From: Lama glama
Lineage: Eukaryota
NCBI GenBank assembly: GCA_028534125.1
Contig: CM052817.1
Location: forward strand, 52,454,001-52,518,000
Length of the DNA stretch: 64,000 nucleotides
Direction: 5' to 3'
The notes beneath the pieces are model-generated. The model was given only the letters and a program-made list of their open reading frames with translations. It did not search any database and was not told where the DNA came from. The translations under genes were made by a program, and so were the position numbers. Each line of letters starts with the position of its first letter. The stretch's first letter is position 1. This document shows, one piece after another, positions 52,620-64,000 of the stretch.

Positions 52620-53833
52620 AAGCAATCTTCCAATTGGATTACATATAACATAGATTATACAAGAGCAGTTTCCAAGGGTTGCTAAGGACTGTATAATTTT
52701 AAAGTAATTAATTTCTGAAAACTCAAATTCCTTAGTACCATTTCTTAAAATTTATCTTCCTAAGGCTGTACTTATATTGTTTTGGCTTTGTGACACCATT
52801 TCTAATTTTATTTTTGCAATCTTGCTTCTTCCATTTTAAAAAAGAAAGGCATAATATTTACCCATTCCAAACCTGACTTCCAAGAGACATAAAAACTACA
52901 GGAACAACTGGCAATAATGATGCCTTGATTGTAAAAGTGAATGATTCTAAAAATTGTTCAAAAGATATTTTTGCACATAAGTAGCTTAAAATTACAGGAC
53001 ACTCAAACTGAGTTTTTTTAGGTAATAGACGTTTCAAAATAATATTTCTAATGATACAGCAATGTGAGGTTCGGTTACATAATTTTTAAGCAATTTTTTA
53101 AAATGGAATTTTATTCCTGTTGAACATTTTATCTATTCCTAAATTTCTGTATAAAAATTTTCTTCAGCAGTTACATCTATGAAAAATGAAGAACAGAAAA
53201 AAATATAAATGAACTCTGCCTCCTTGTGAAAGTATAAGCAATACTGATTCATGTAAACAGAAACTAATTTTGTTATAGTAATCTCCTTAAGATATATGTA
53301 TTTAATTGAATATTGTTATTTTAAAGTACTTACAAAAATTTTAAATTATCTTTGTATTGTTTTGGTTACATTTTGACTAATAATAAGCTCAAGCCAACAT
53401 AAATTTTAGCGCAGAAGTTTTAAATTTTAAACATATATATTTAAAATTTACACAAACAGTAATATAAATATGAAAGAATGTGCACTGAAAGACTTAATAC
53501 CTAAATATGCTCTTATTACATGTTCCATTAAAATATTTAATTGAAATAAATTAAAGGAAAGCTGGTTCATGAATTTTATTTTAATTGGATGATAGTGGAT
53601 ATCAAATCACTAGGGTGTTTAGATATCATTGAATTCATTGAATAATGATGTGACAGTTTTATTTGTTATTAAAATAAGCACTATTAAGTATTAAACTATG
53701 TAAAATGAAATTAAATCCCTTAGAATATTTTAAAATTAATATATTACAATTTTTAGGAAAAAATGGGAGGAATAATGTGTTTTTTCAGAATCTCTTAGTA
53801 GGTATACCAGAAAAAAATTTTAAGATAACTATG
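52620..53833. mobile_element. Decayed hAT-Charlie (Charlie7-like) DNA transposon
   Basis: Right end tcttagtaggtataccagaaaaaaattttaagataacta and internal gtggatatcaaatcactagggtgtttagatatcattg recall Charlie7-type ends; heavily diverged. Confidence 0.4.
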
Positions 53834-53902
53834 CTTAAAAGCATGGAAAAGTAGTGTTTGAGCAGGTTGATGTCAATAAATATGTCTTTTATGACCAATT
53901 AA

Positions 53903-54095
53903 GCAATGGTTCTCAACTACTGTCATTCATTAAAATCACTCAGGGATCTTTTAAGAAATGTTTGCAATGAAAGTCCATTCCAGACCAATTGTATCAGACT
54001 GTCTGCAAGTGCAGATCAGTCATTAGTGTTTTATTATACTTATTTATTGATTAAAAGCTCCCCCAAGGTTTTCTAGTATTAAATAAGAAGTGCCC
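53903..54095. mobile_element. MER5A/B-like non-autonomous hAT
   Basis: caatggttctcaact...attaaaatcactcagggatcttttaagaaat...ccagaccaattgtatcagact...aaaagctccccaagg. Confidence 0.65.
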
Positions 54096-56271
54096 CTAAA
54101 ATCAATCCATGAAAATAAGAAGAGATAAGGAACAATATGTGTTAAATAGGGAAAGGTAATTTCTTCCCTTGGTGTTGATACCTATGAATGATTTTCAAAT
54201 CTTTTTCTCCTTCTCCTCCGCCCTTTTCATATGAAGCTTAGATTAAAGACATAAAGAGTTTTCAGCAGTGTAGCTTCCCAGATGTTAGGAAGAAATATTA
54301 AAAAGAAATAGAAGAAAGTAAGGACTAGACAAAAAGATGGTCAACTGGGATAAGATGAAATGTTTTTGTTTGGTTTCAGTTGGGTTTCAGCTGACTCCCA
54401 TCCTTAGAGCTGAAGTGAAATCAGGGGAAAATGACAGTTCCATTTACTGAATAGATGCAAGAGGATGAACACAGTAATAGAACACTGAAAGATTTCCAGG
54501 TAGGCAAATGGAGATTGCTCATTGAGTTACCTAGTAATTCATAGGCTATAGTCAATATTCCTTATTCTAACTGATATAAAAGTACAATTGAATTTTCTGG
54601 CCATCAAACTTCTTAACATATACTTATGCTACTAGTTATTTTATATTTTAAAGAATTCCAAGAGAGCTCAAAAAGGGATATGTGATATCATGAAATATCC
54701 CATAAAATAGACATCCAGAGAAAACATAAAAACTGCTAAGAATTATATTATTATATAACATATTTCTTTTAAGAAACTTCTGTTTATGAAATGTTACAAT
54801 TTCACAGTATGCTTTAGAATGTATTTTATACACAGTATTTAACACTAGTTTTTCCAAATGCATTTTAAAAGTAACGAGGCAAATTCTACTTGTGGTCAAC
54901 TAAATACACTTTCAACTCAGAAACAAATCTACATAAGATAATACAAATAGTATTGATATATATATTGCTTTTCTGAATAATGATATCCAGATTAACTTGC
55001 AATCCTACGTACTATATCATTAAAAGCATTTTAATGGTTTTTACACAAACATAATCCATTCATAGGATTAGTTCATATTTTTCCAGTTGTTTATGTTCTT
55101 TCTTTAAAATTTGTTTTCAGTATTTTTCTTCATATTCAAGGCAGAGTTTAAATCAAATTCCACACAATCAAATTCCACATATTTAACTGCTTAAACACTA
55201 GGACACCAGCACCAAGATATGATGCACTATTGAAATGCTCTACCTTCTGTCATATTCAAAAGTAATATTTCTGCAATCCTCATAAATTGGTTTCTACGGA
55301 TTGTCAAGCACCCTTCTGGGGCTCATTGTAAAGCATAGAGATTCTGTACATGTAATGTAATAGCTTACTTTAACTGTGTCCACAGACATTTACTTCTAAT
55401 TGGCTACTGAATATATGAAAATCAAACTGAAAGGTTAGCTATCCCTAAAGGAAGATCAAAATACTTTCATTATATTGACCATAATTTGTCTCATTAAGAC
55501 CATCAGCAAGTCATGGCATTTTATGTTTGTACAGAATTTTCTAACTTGGGATTTCAGAGCCAAACTATATAAAATTCTTGGCATATCCAATCATCACATT
55601 TAATAAACACACATTTTAGTTTCTTCATTGTAATTTGATTCCTCAAATTATGCTGCTTACATTATGGTATCTAAAATCTTAAGATCATTAAAATACAATT
55701 CCTTATTTAATATCATTGGTGGAAAATTGCTTATGAAATATCCTTTCTGAAATATTTTAATATATGTTTTCCAAAGAATATTAGCAAATTTCCCTCTTTA
55801 AATTTAGTTCTAAATATTTTTATAAATACATATAAATTAAATTTGTAATAAATATCAAAAGCTATAATAGCTTTATTCTACATTTAGTAAGAAAAATAAT
55901 TTTAAAACTTGAAAACATTTATTTTTATACTTGTTTGGAGTTGAATCTTAAAATACTCTTTTTCTAACTAAATGACAGAATATAAGACACATGCATAGAA
56001 AACTTACTAGTGTAGGAACATATTTTCACATATGTTTTATATACATACACAAACATATCAATATGCATTTACATATATGCACATGTACATATATTTATAG
56101 ATATATGATCAAATGTGTATTTATTTTCAAATTAGGTTTATATATAAATACTTAAAATCTCCTTTATAAATTTTTGATTTTGCAGATGACTTTATTGGGT
56201 TATTCATGTTTTTTCTTTCATTTTAAATGTGTTATTCTTTTCAAAAGTGTTATTATACTCTTCAAATTTTT

Positions 56272-56409
56272 TTATTTTTTATTTTTTATTTTTCTTTTGT
56301 AGGGGTGGTAACTAGATTTACTTATTTATTTTTAGAGGAGGTACTGGGAATAGAACCCAGGACCTCCTGCATGCTAAACATCTGCTCTAACACTTTGAGC
56401 TATACCTTC
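56272..56409 (-). mobile_element. tRNA-derived SINE (camelid-type)
   Basis: Minus strand: ggaaggtatagctcaaagtgttagagcagatgtttagcatgcaggaggtcctgggttctattcccagtacctcc with A-box/B-box-like motifs and an A-rich tail. Degenerate TSD ctcttcaaattttt / ctcctcatattttt. Confidence 0.9.
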
Positions 56410-58469
56410 CTCCTCATATTTTTAAGTTTTAATCAAGGCAAATGCATAAGTAACTGAGCTAGCACTAACAGGTAGTTGTCATTAAATACATATTACCTAA
56501 GCATAAATCCTTTTCCTTCATGCTATCTATGGAAAAATTTGTTTCTTTGGCAAGTGGAAACATTAGAAAATTCGTTTTAATTCATTAAATATTTGTTAAG
56601 TTGTTTGCATTGTTTTCTTTGTCAAGCCTAGTTCTGGTTGAATGGAATAAGTAAAATGAAGAATTGAATTCATTAATGGGCCATGCCTTAAAAATTTGGT
56701 TAGTAAAAAGACCCTGTATTATAGTTGAATAAATAAATAAAAATATCATGTACCAGCAACTGTAATGCAGATAATTAAGAAAGAGTATAGTTTAATAGGC
56801 GATTTGCAACATAATACAATATAAGCCTGGGTGTCTGATTGAGTTTTCAGAGTTCCCTCCAGAAGGTAATATTTAAGATTTGACCTACATGAAGATCAGC
56901 CAGAAAGAAAATATGATACATTATCAGGTTCAAAGGAAATCTTAATGGGCTCTTTTGCCATCATATGGAGTAGAAGATGTAGAATAAAAGTGAAGTAAGC
57001 AGAACCATAAAAGGCAGGAAATGATTTTTTTCATTGTCATTTTCTGAAATTAAATGGATATATACATATTATATAAGATACAGTAAATATCTTAGAAAAT
57101 TAGTTTGACTATGGTTATCCCTAGAGAAATATTTCAAAATTATATTTATCAGTACAAAAACCTGTTAATCAATCAATTATGGGGTTAATTAAAATTATTA
57201 CAATGTTCTCTTTTATAATTTGAATAATCACTTTTCAATCTTCCTTTTAAAACTGTTCACATGTATTTAGTTTTATTAAATACAGTGGGAAAAAGTCTTA
57301 CATACTTTTCTCATTTTTTTTTTGTATTTCTAGTACTTCACAACTTCCTTTAGAAAAATGTTAATTGAGCATAAATTTTAACAATAAAAAGGAGACTAGA
57401 AGCTAGTCCTTTAAATTAAGCATCTACTATAAACTACTAGTTGAATTTCAGCTTTATATTCAATTTCTTAACCTGCATGAGAGTATATTATATATATATA
57501 AATAAAGAGAGATTTACAGACAAGAAAATAGATTTAGAGATAAGCAAATGCAAAGATCAGGTAAATGGTTTATCCAAGATTTTATCCTGTATGTATTTCA
57601 CTTCAAAACCCAAAACGCTGGTGTTTGTGTAATCTAGTGTATCATATTGTGATCAATGGTGGAAATTGATATATGAAGAATTGGTTTTTCTCTTACATTG
57701 CTCACAGACTAGTGGTGAAATTCATAGACAAGTGAAGGCATGCATCGAAAAAGAATAAAAATTACCAGTAGTTAATACATATTCTGACATAGAATGGGCT
57801 GGCCTAACATCAACATCTGGATTTTGATCACAAATAGACAGAAGCTGCGTCTTGCATTTTGACAAACATCTTATCACTTTTAATGTTTCTAAGCCCTTCA
57901 TATTGAATACATTTTCACAAGAATATTTTCTATGTAATAAATATACTGTATCAATTTGAAGACTAAGAACATTGATAGGGTACCAATTACATCATTCCTA
58001 TCCTTTCTAAGCTACTGGGTGTGCTTCGGAATACAATCCGTAAATATACATATACAGGTGTATGTATGGTGCATGTATGTGTTTGTACTTAACAAAGTTC
58101 TCACAGTGTAAACATACAGAAAGTTCAGAAAGAGAGTGCACAGTGCTTCAGAGAAGCCTATAAGTCAAAACTGAGAAAGAAGTGTAATATAAAATGGTAA
58201 AACGTGAAAAATAAATTAATGAAAAAACAAATGTCCTTAATAAATTCTAGTACCTGAATATTACGGGTACATTGTATTTCAGAAGCATAGTTGATAATGG
58301 CTCAAAATTCTGCAGCCCTGAAATGCCTTCAAAAATACTGCACTGGAAACAATTTAGCTTCCTTTCAAACTAGGTGTCTCTGTATTTGAATGATTGAAAT
58401 GAAACTTAAATTGACAGAAACAAAAAGGAACTACTATTCTGAAGATGCAGAAGTTTCATACCAAACAAA

Positions 58470-58760
58470 GTACAGGTATGTCGCTGGATCTCCTTAACAG
58501 CTAGAAATGGGAACTTGCATGCCCCGAGGACCTCTCCATTTCTTCAGTTTCCCTTTGTATATGTGCTTCTTTAGTTTTGTATATATATGCTCTTCCTATG
58601 CTACTATGATACACAACACAGGAAACATGAATTCCAGCAACTCTAAATTTGCATCATTCTCTTTCAGCCAGGACAAAAATCCTGGCCATACTCTCCTTTA
58701 GTCCATAATAATAGACACAGGATTAATTTATCAGTTTTTTTTTTAAAGGGTATTCAATGC
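58470..58760 (-). mobile_element. Old MaLR (MLT1K/L-like) LTR fragment
   Basis: Minus strand: gaaagagaatgatgca...gaaatggagaggtcctcggggcatgcaagttcccatttctagctg. Confidence 0.35.
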
Positions 58761-58870
58761 CAGGTCAAAATCTCTGGCCTCGAAATAATTTATGTACTAA
58801 AATCTTCTTTCTGAGAGCCATGAGAAGAAGGAATTGGATGTGGATGAAAAGGCCAGTTTTCAGAAAACGA

Positions 58871-59622
58871 TGTAACCAAGCAGGACTCTAGAGGGCCTTC
58901 CCAGGACAGCACACCCCCCAACCCATTTCCTCTGCCTGCATCTTGTTTGTAAAAAGGGATCAGTCTCCTAGATCTTCCCCCACTTTCAAAGAGCAGATTC
59001 AAACAGTTACTAAATAGGTGACTGAAGGAACACAGAAACAAAGGGAAAATAAGCCCAATATAATGTTTTCCATGATTGTTAGATTAAACTAATTCCTTGA
59101 CTTATGACCCCAAACTGTGGAGATAATGTCCAGTGGCTTCAATCAGTTGACCTCAAGTGCACTTAAGACTGATGATACCAAGAGGGTCCATTAAGAACTG
59201 AAACTCCTGAACCGTCATAAAAGATCTAAATGAATAATAAAATGCCTAAAAACCACTGCTTTTATTCTCTTCTAGAAAGAAGTTAAGAGATCACAAGACC
59301 ATGATTTACTAGTTTGCTTTGCAGGAATACATAGATTAATTACAATCAACAGTGACACGTCAAGTCACAAGATGACACTGGGAAGTCTGCAACTAAGGTC
59401 TTACCAGAAAGCTGAAATCACAAAGACACCCCCCTCCCCTTTTTAGCCTTTAAAAACTTCGCACCCCAGCCAATCAGCTAGATGGATTTGAGACAAGCCT
59501 ACTTTCCCATCTTCTGGGTTGGTGCCTCCTTGACTAATAAACCTTTCTCCACTCCAAATTCTGACATTTTGGTTCTTTTGGCCTCACTGTGTATCGGGCA
59601 CAGGAACTTAGGTTTGAAAACA
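58871..59622 (+). mobile_element. ERV1-type solo LTR (MER34/MER39-like ends)
   Basis: Starts TGTAACC and ends ggcctcactgtgtatcgggcacaggaacttaggtttgaaaaCA; AATAAA ~59536. TSD not clean (acga/actg). Confidence 0.8.
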
Positions 59623-61306
59623 ACTGTATGCCAAGAAAATGCTATTTATCGTAACAACCTATATGCAGTTTATTATGTTATTATATTTGATTGTATTATA
59701 AATTTTGAGAATCAATAATCTATGTAAATTTGATTCAATCAAAACGTTTTGTGAACCATAATGCCTTTCCTCTGATCATATCTAGAAATGATTTCAATTT
59801 CTATATCAAGGACTAAATGACATTTCCTAATATATCATATATTGTGAAAAATATTTCAGAATTCAATAACTGTTTGATATATTAAATTTTTTCCTTACTT
59901 TTGCATCTATATGTATGTATTTCTGTTAAACTGTAAAGCCTTGTACTTTTAGAGATGGCTAACTGACTTCATCTAAAAACAACTATTTGATAGGATATAA
60001 ATTGCTCTTCCCTTTTCATTCATACTTAAACTTATAAGTGATAAATTCTCAATATACAAGAAATACCACAAAGTATATGGAACAAACTAGAGATAATAGA
60101 TTTGGATTGTTTTTATATTTATCCCATTTGTCAGCTATTCCAGGAACAAACTAGACCACACAGTTTATAGATTTATTCTGACATCTTTTATTAATGGTTC
60201 TGATTGGTATAGCCAGAATGACTACATGGCAATCTAAATGAACTGTTAAACTACACAAAAGTATCGTATAAATAATAAATTCTCTCCTCTGCATGATTTA
60301 TCTTGGATTCTGATTAGCCATTTTTTGCATGCTGAAAATCACGTACAATTAGTCAAATAAACAGATTAAAATTCAAATAAGGAATACTAACCTGTGTCAT
60401 GAAACTATGATTTGTCTTTGGACCTAAAATCAGTTTAAGTGTTAATTAAATTAGTATAAAAAGGTGTTTTATTTATATTTCTACATTATATTTTGTAATA
60501 AAATGGGCATCTTATAAATACTGGCTGATGTGAAAATTCTTGGAAGATTAATCTGGCAGGAAATAACTAACTTTACCATCAAATAAGTAGGCCTAGGTTA
60601 AACTCATTTCACTGCAGTAGACAAAAAAACAGTGCTTTTTTTTTGTAATGTAATACTGTTTAATTTGCTTAGACATGAACATCAAGATACAGGTATTGAG
60701 ATTTTTGAAAGCAAAACAGACCTCTGTTGAAGAAACTAATATATTTCTGACTTTGTACTTCTTACATTCCTTAATAAATTTAAGTGGAATTTTAATTAGG
60801 CTTTTGGATTATACTTCATGGAGGCTTATTATATTGATTAGCGTAAGTACTTGTTTAGAACTTGATTAGTACTTGTTTTTTCTTTTCTGTGTGTATAAAC
60901 AATGAAGGTGAAAATAGTAAATATCTTGTGAGGATGTTAAAAAAATAAAGATATATTTAATATCTTACAGAGAAAAGTATAGAATTTTCTTTAGTATACA
61001 GATTGACAGGTACCCATTAAATATTTATTCAATGAATTAAAAGATAAAGCAATAAAAATTGAGTATTGCCATAATAATATACCATTTTGGAAACCAAGTT
61101 GCAAACCACAAGATGGAGCTGGAACCACATTTTCTATAAAAAGTGAATGAAAATTATTAACTCAAGTCATGTTTTCAAAATATATGCAGTCTATGATTTT
61201 TAAAACATCATATAAGATTATGTATATTCACACATTTTCAGCAATGAAATTTCAGTAATGATATTATCATTGTTTAGAATATGACTAGAGTGTACCTGCA
61301 TTGCAC

Positions 61307-61448
61307 TTTTTTGTTTGTTTGTTTGTTTCTGGGGGGGGTAGGTAATTAGGTTTACTTATTCATTTATTTTTTAGTGGAGGTACTGGGGATTGAACCCAGG
61401 ACCTTGTGCATGCTAAGTCTGCACTCTACCACTGAGCTATACCCTTCC
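61307..61448 (-). mobile_element. tRNA-derived SINE (camelid-type)
   Basis: Minus strand: ggaagggtatagctcagtggtagagtgcagacttagcatgcacaaggtcctgggttcaatccccagtacctcc (A box, GTTCAATCC B box), then an AT-rich tail ending (AAAC)n/A. Same family as 56272-56409. Confidence 0.92.
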
Positions 61449-63276
61449 AGACAAGCGTGTACCTGTAAAACCTATGAAATTACATCCATAACAGTTATGT
61501 TTAAATTTTCATAAAAATATATCTACTTTAGAATATAAAGAGAAAATATTATAAACCATTCTGAAAAGAATTTATGCAAGTGACAGCTGAGTCATTCCCA
61601 AATAAAGTGACATTCATTTTGGAAAGACGATTTTAAACATAATATAAGAGATATACACACTTTATATATAAAATGCCATTTATAAAAAAGAAATATTTAG
61701 TAATATTCAGTCACATCTGTTTCACTATATTATCTGTTTTCCTGTCTTTGGTATTTGTATGCACTGAGACAAAATTCACTTCCTGCAACTTCCACTTGGG
61801 AAATGCTCCCTAGATTTTTGGTTTGACTTCCATCTCTTGTAAGTCTGTAGTAGAGTCATTTTAACCATAGAAACCCCTCAAAAACAATGCTAAAATAATG
61901 ATAGATTTTTTTTTCAGCAATGGCAATTTATTAGCTATAAAACTGATAGTCAATATTTTATTTCTAGTTTTTTAACAAAACAATGAATTGAGATAGCCAA
62001 GCAAGGAACCAAAATTGTTTTCACTTTATATTAGAAAACTGAGCAAAGATCATATCTTCTGTTTAAATTAAGATTACTTACTACTCAATAGAAATATACA
62101 CTGCCAGAGGGATTATACTTTATTGCTTAAGAGAATTTAATACTTTTAATATATGCCAGTAAGTCTATTATGGTATACATATTTTAAAATTATCTCTAGA
62201 TTAGTTTAAAAGTGGGTCAAACTTTCTCCCTAACCTATAATCTGCATATAGTATACTAAAACAAAGATTAAAACCATTGAAAGAAATTATATATTTAGAA
62301 AACTTTATAAATATTTCTAAACCAGTGTAATCTAATTAGGGTTTAGTGCCTTGTTGGAGTGGTGGGAAAATTCTAATTAACTTCATGGTTCATATTTTTG
62401 TTCCAGTCCTTCCTGTATTATCTCAGTTGCATTTTTTTAACTAACTGTAATAATTCATTTAAGTCTGATCCTCTATGAGAAAATTACTTCAAAATAAAAA
62501 ATTCTAATGACTAGTCTCTCAGGAAGAATCTCTGATAGAAACATCTCCTAAAAGGTGAAGGGTGAGCTTAGTGTGCTGCTGTTGTATTGGATGATCTCTT
62601 TGAATAATCCAGTCATCAGAATACAACTTGGATGAGACTGGTTATACTGAAAAGGAGAAAAAATATATATATATGAACCTCAACTAATTAGTTTCTGTTG
62701 GATTACAAGATTGCTTTGCTCCAGTATTTTAAAATACATGCATTTTCCCAAGAATTGAGATCTGATCAGAACAGGTTATAACAGTGATAAGTTTCCATAT
62801 AGTGTTTCAACCTAAAATATCTAAATCCATGCCAAAGGTTAATGTTTCACCCTTCAAAGCTGCAATCCATATAAGAAAGGAAGAGCTTCTAATGTATCAA
62901 AAGAGACTAAAGAATCCTGGAATATAACAGATGGTAGAGAATTTATGGATAATCTTATCCTAACTTACAAATAGGTTCATTGCCCAAGACATTTCTAATT
63001 AGTTGGTGGTGACTGAATGGAGCACTGTGTGGACTGAGACAACTATAGGCTTCACAATAAGGAGTGTTTCAACTTATAAATAAATCCATTGGTTAAAGGA
63101 TGCAGTGAAGTTAACACTATTTAAAACCATGACCACATTCAAAGATTTACCAAATATTAAATAATATTGATATTACTTAGAGGCAAAACTATAAAGGGAA
63201 CTTATTCTATATTTAGTACTCTTTCTGCTTTGTTATTCTAGAATAAAAAGAACAATCTGAGTATATATTTTAGTAA

Positions 63277-63632
63277 AGTTAAAAGGTAAACAGGCACACT
63301 ACAATTTAAAAGAGTTTAATTGAGCAAATACTGAGCTGAATTGTGCAGCACCAAAACAAAAGTGATTAGGAGTGCTCCACCAACAGGAGGTAAGGGCAAG
63401 ATTTTTAAAATAAAAAAGACATGGAAGTAAAGCAAAGAAATTATTTAATTGATTGCAGTATAAGCAATTGCTATATTTGGAAAGCCTAGTTGGCTGTTTG
63501 TGATTGGTTGCTTTTAAGTTTCACTTTCTCAGATACAAGTGCATCGACTAGGTAAGTTTTGGTTTGCTTACACAGTCTAACAAGGCATTAGAACCACCTC
63601 ATTCTATGAGCTTCCTTGTTTAAATACGTTAG
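63277..63632 (-). mobile_element. ERV1-type 3' LTR
   Basis: Minus-strand CCAAT (gattggtt ~63502) and ATTAAA-type signal (tttaat ~63316). Immediately preceded on the minus strand by polypurine tract ccaaaaggggagaa (63633-63646). Confidence 0.75.
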
Positions 63633-64000
63633 TTCTCCCCTTTTGGTCATCCTCTCTTACATACAAGACTGATCAATAGCACCATTCTCAGTTACTATCA
63701 AGGTTAGGTTGTTCTTATCTTCTCACGTTAATTCATAGGTTATGATGACAGATCTATGGAAGGATTCTTTCTGCTTTTCATCTCATTGTTTGTTTCTCCA
63801 AGTGCAATGAGATCATGTGATGAACTGCTCATAGTTGTGAATACATATTTAAGACCCTTGAGAGAAGATAATGCACCACAGAGACTACAATAATGACTAT
63901 CAGGAGAATAATATCAACAGACTGAAGTATGCTCCATAGCCAGGGTCCCCAGGAACCAAACCGGTTGGTACCAAATTAGTTAAAGAACACATTTGAAGAG
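63633..64000 (-). pseudogene. env: ERV1 internal 3' region with decayed env TM C-terminus (continues beyond window)
   Basis: Minus frame from 63960: FGSWGPWLWSILQSVDIILLIVIIVVSVVHYLLSRVLNMYSQL*, a Trp-rich membrane-proximal segment plus hydrophobic anchor. In-frame TAA five codons upstream and TGA at 63829-31. Located just 5' of the PPT and LTR. Confidence 0.75.

Noticed and set aside
56340..61448. tRNA-like sequences at ~56340-56409 and ~61376-61448
   Set aside because: They are SINE heads with family-specific tails, not tRNA genes.

Overview
AT-rich mammalian genomic DNA, most likely camelid (camel/alpaca lineage): the two tRNA-derived SINEs (~56.3 and ~61.3 kb) and the young L1 3'UTRs look like camelid-type repeats. 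Family names here are from recognition of the sequence, not a database search. The window is mostly transposable-element fossils: old L1MC/MD/MA/MB, HAL1, L2, MIR, MaLR/ERVL/ERV1 LTRs, hAT-Charlie DNA transposons including a near full-length Cheshire-like copy, and the 3' end of an ERV1 provirus with a decayed env. There is one 500-N assembly gap. No intact protein-coding gene, RNA gene or CRISPR array is supported, and none of the supplied ORFs looks like a real host CDS. The best host signal is a candidate 36-nt frame-preserving micro-exon on the minus strand (22157-22192). With the plus-strand bias of L1/LTR insertions, this suggests the window lies in long introns of a minus-strand gene I cannot name. 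Other notable items are a short CpG-rich solo LTR with three NRF1-like motifs, two 5'-inverted (twin-primed) L1 insertions (one skips nearly all of ORF2), and a deeply nested TE cluster at 22.3-26.5 kb. I found no convincing evidence of a new biological system.
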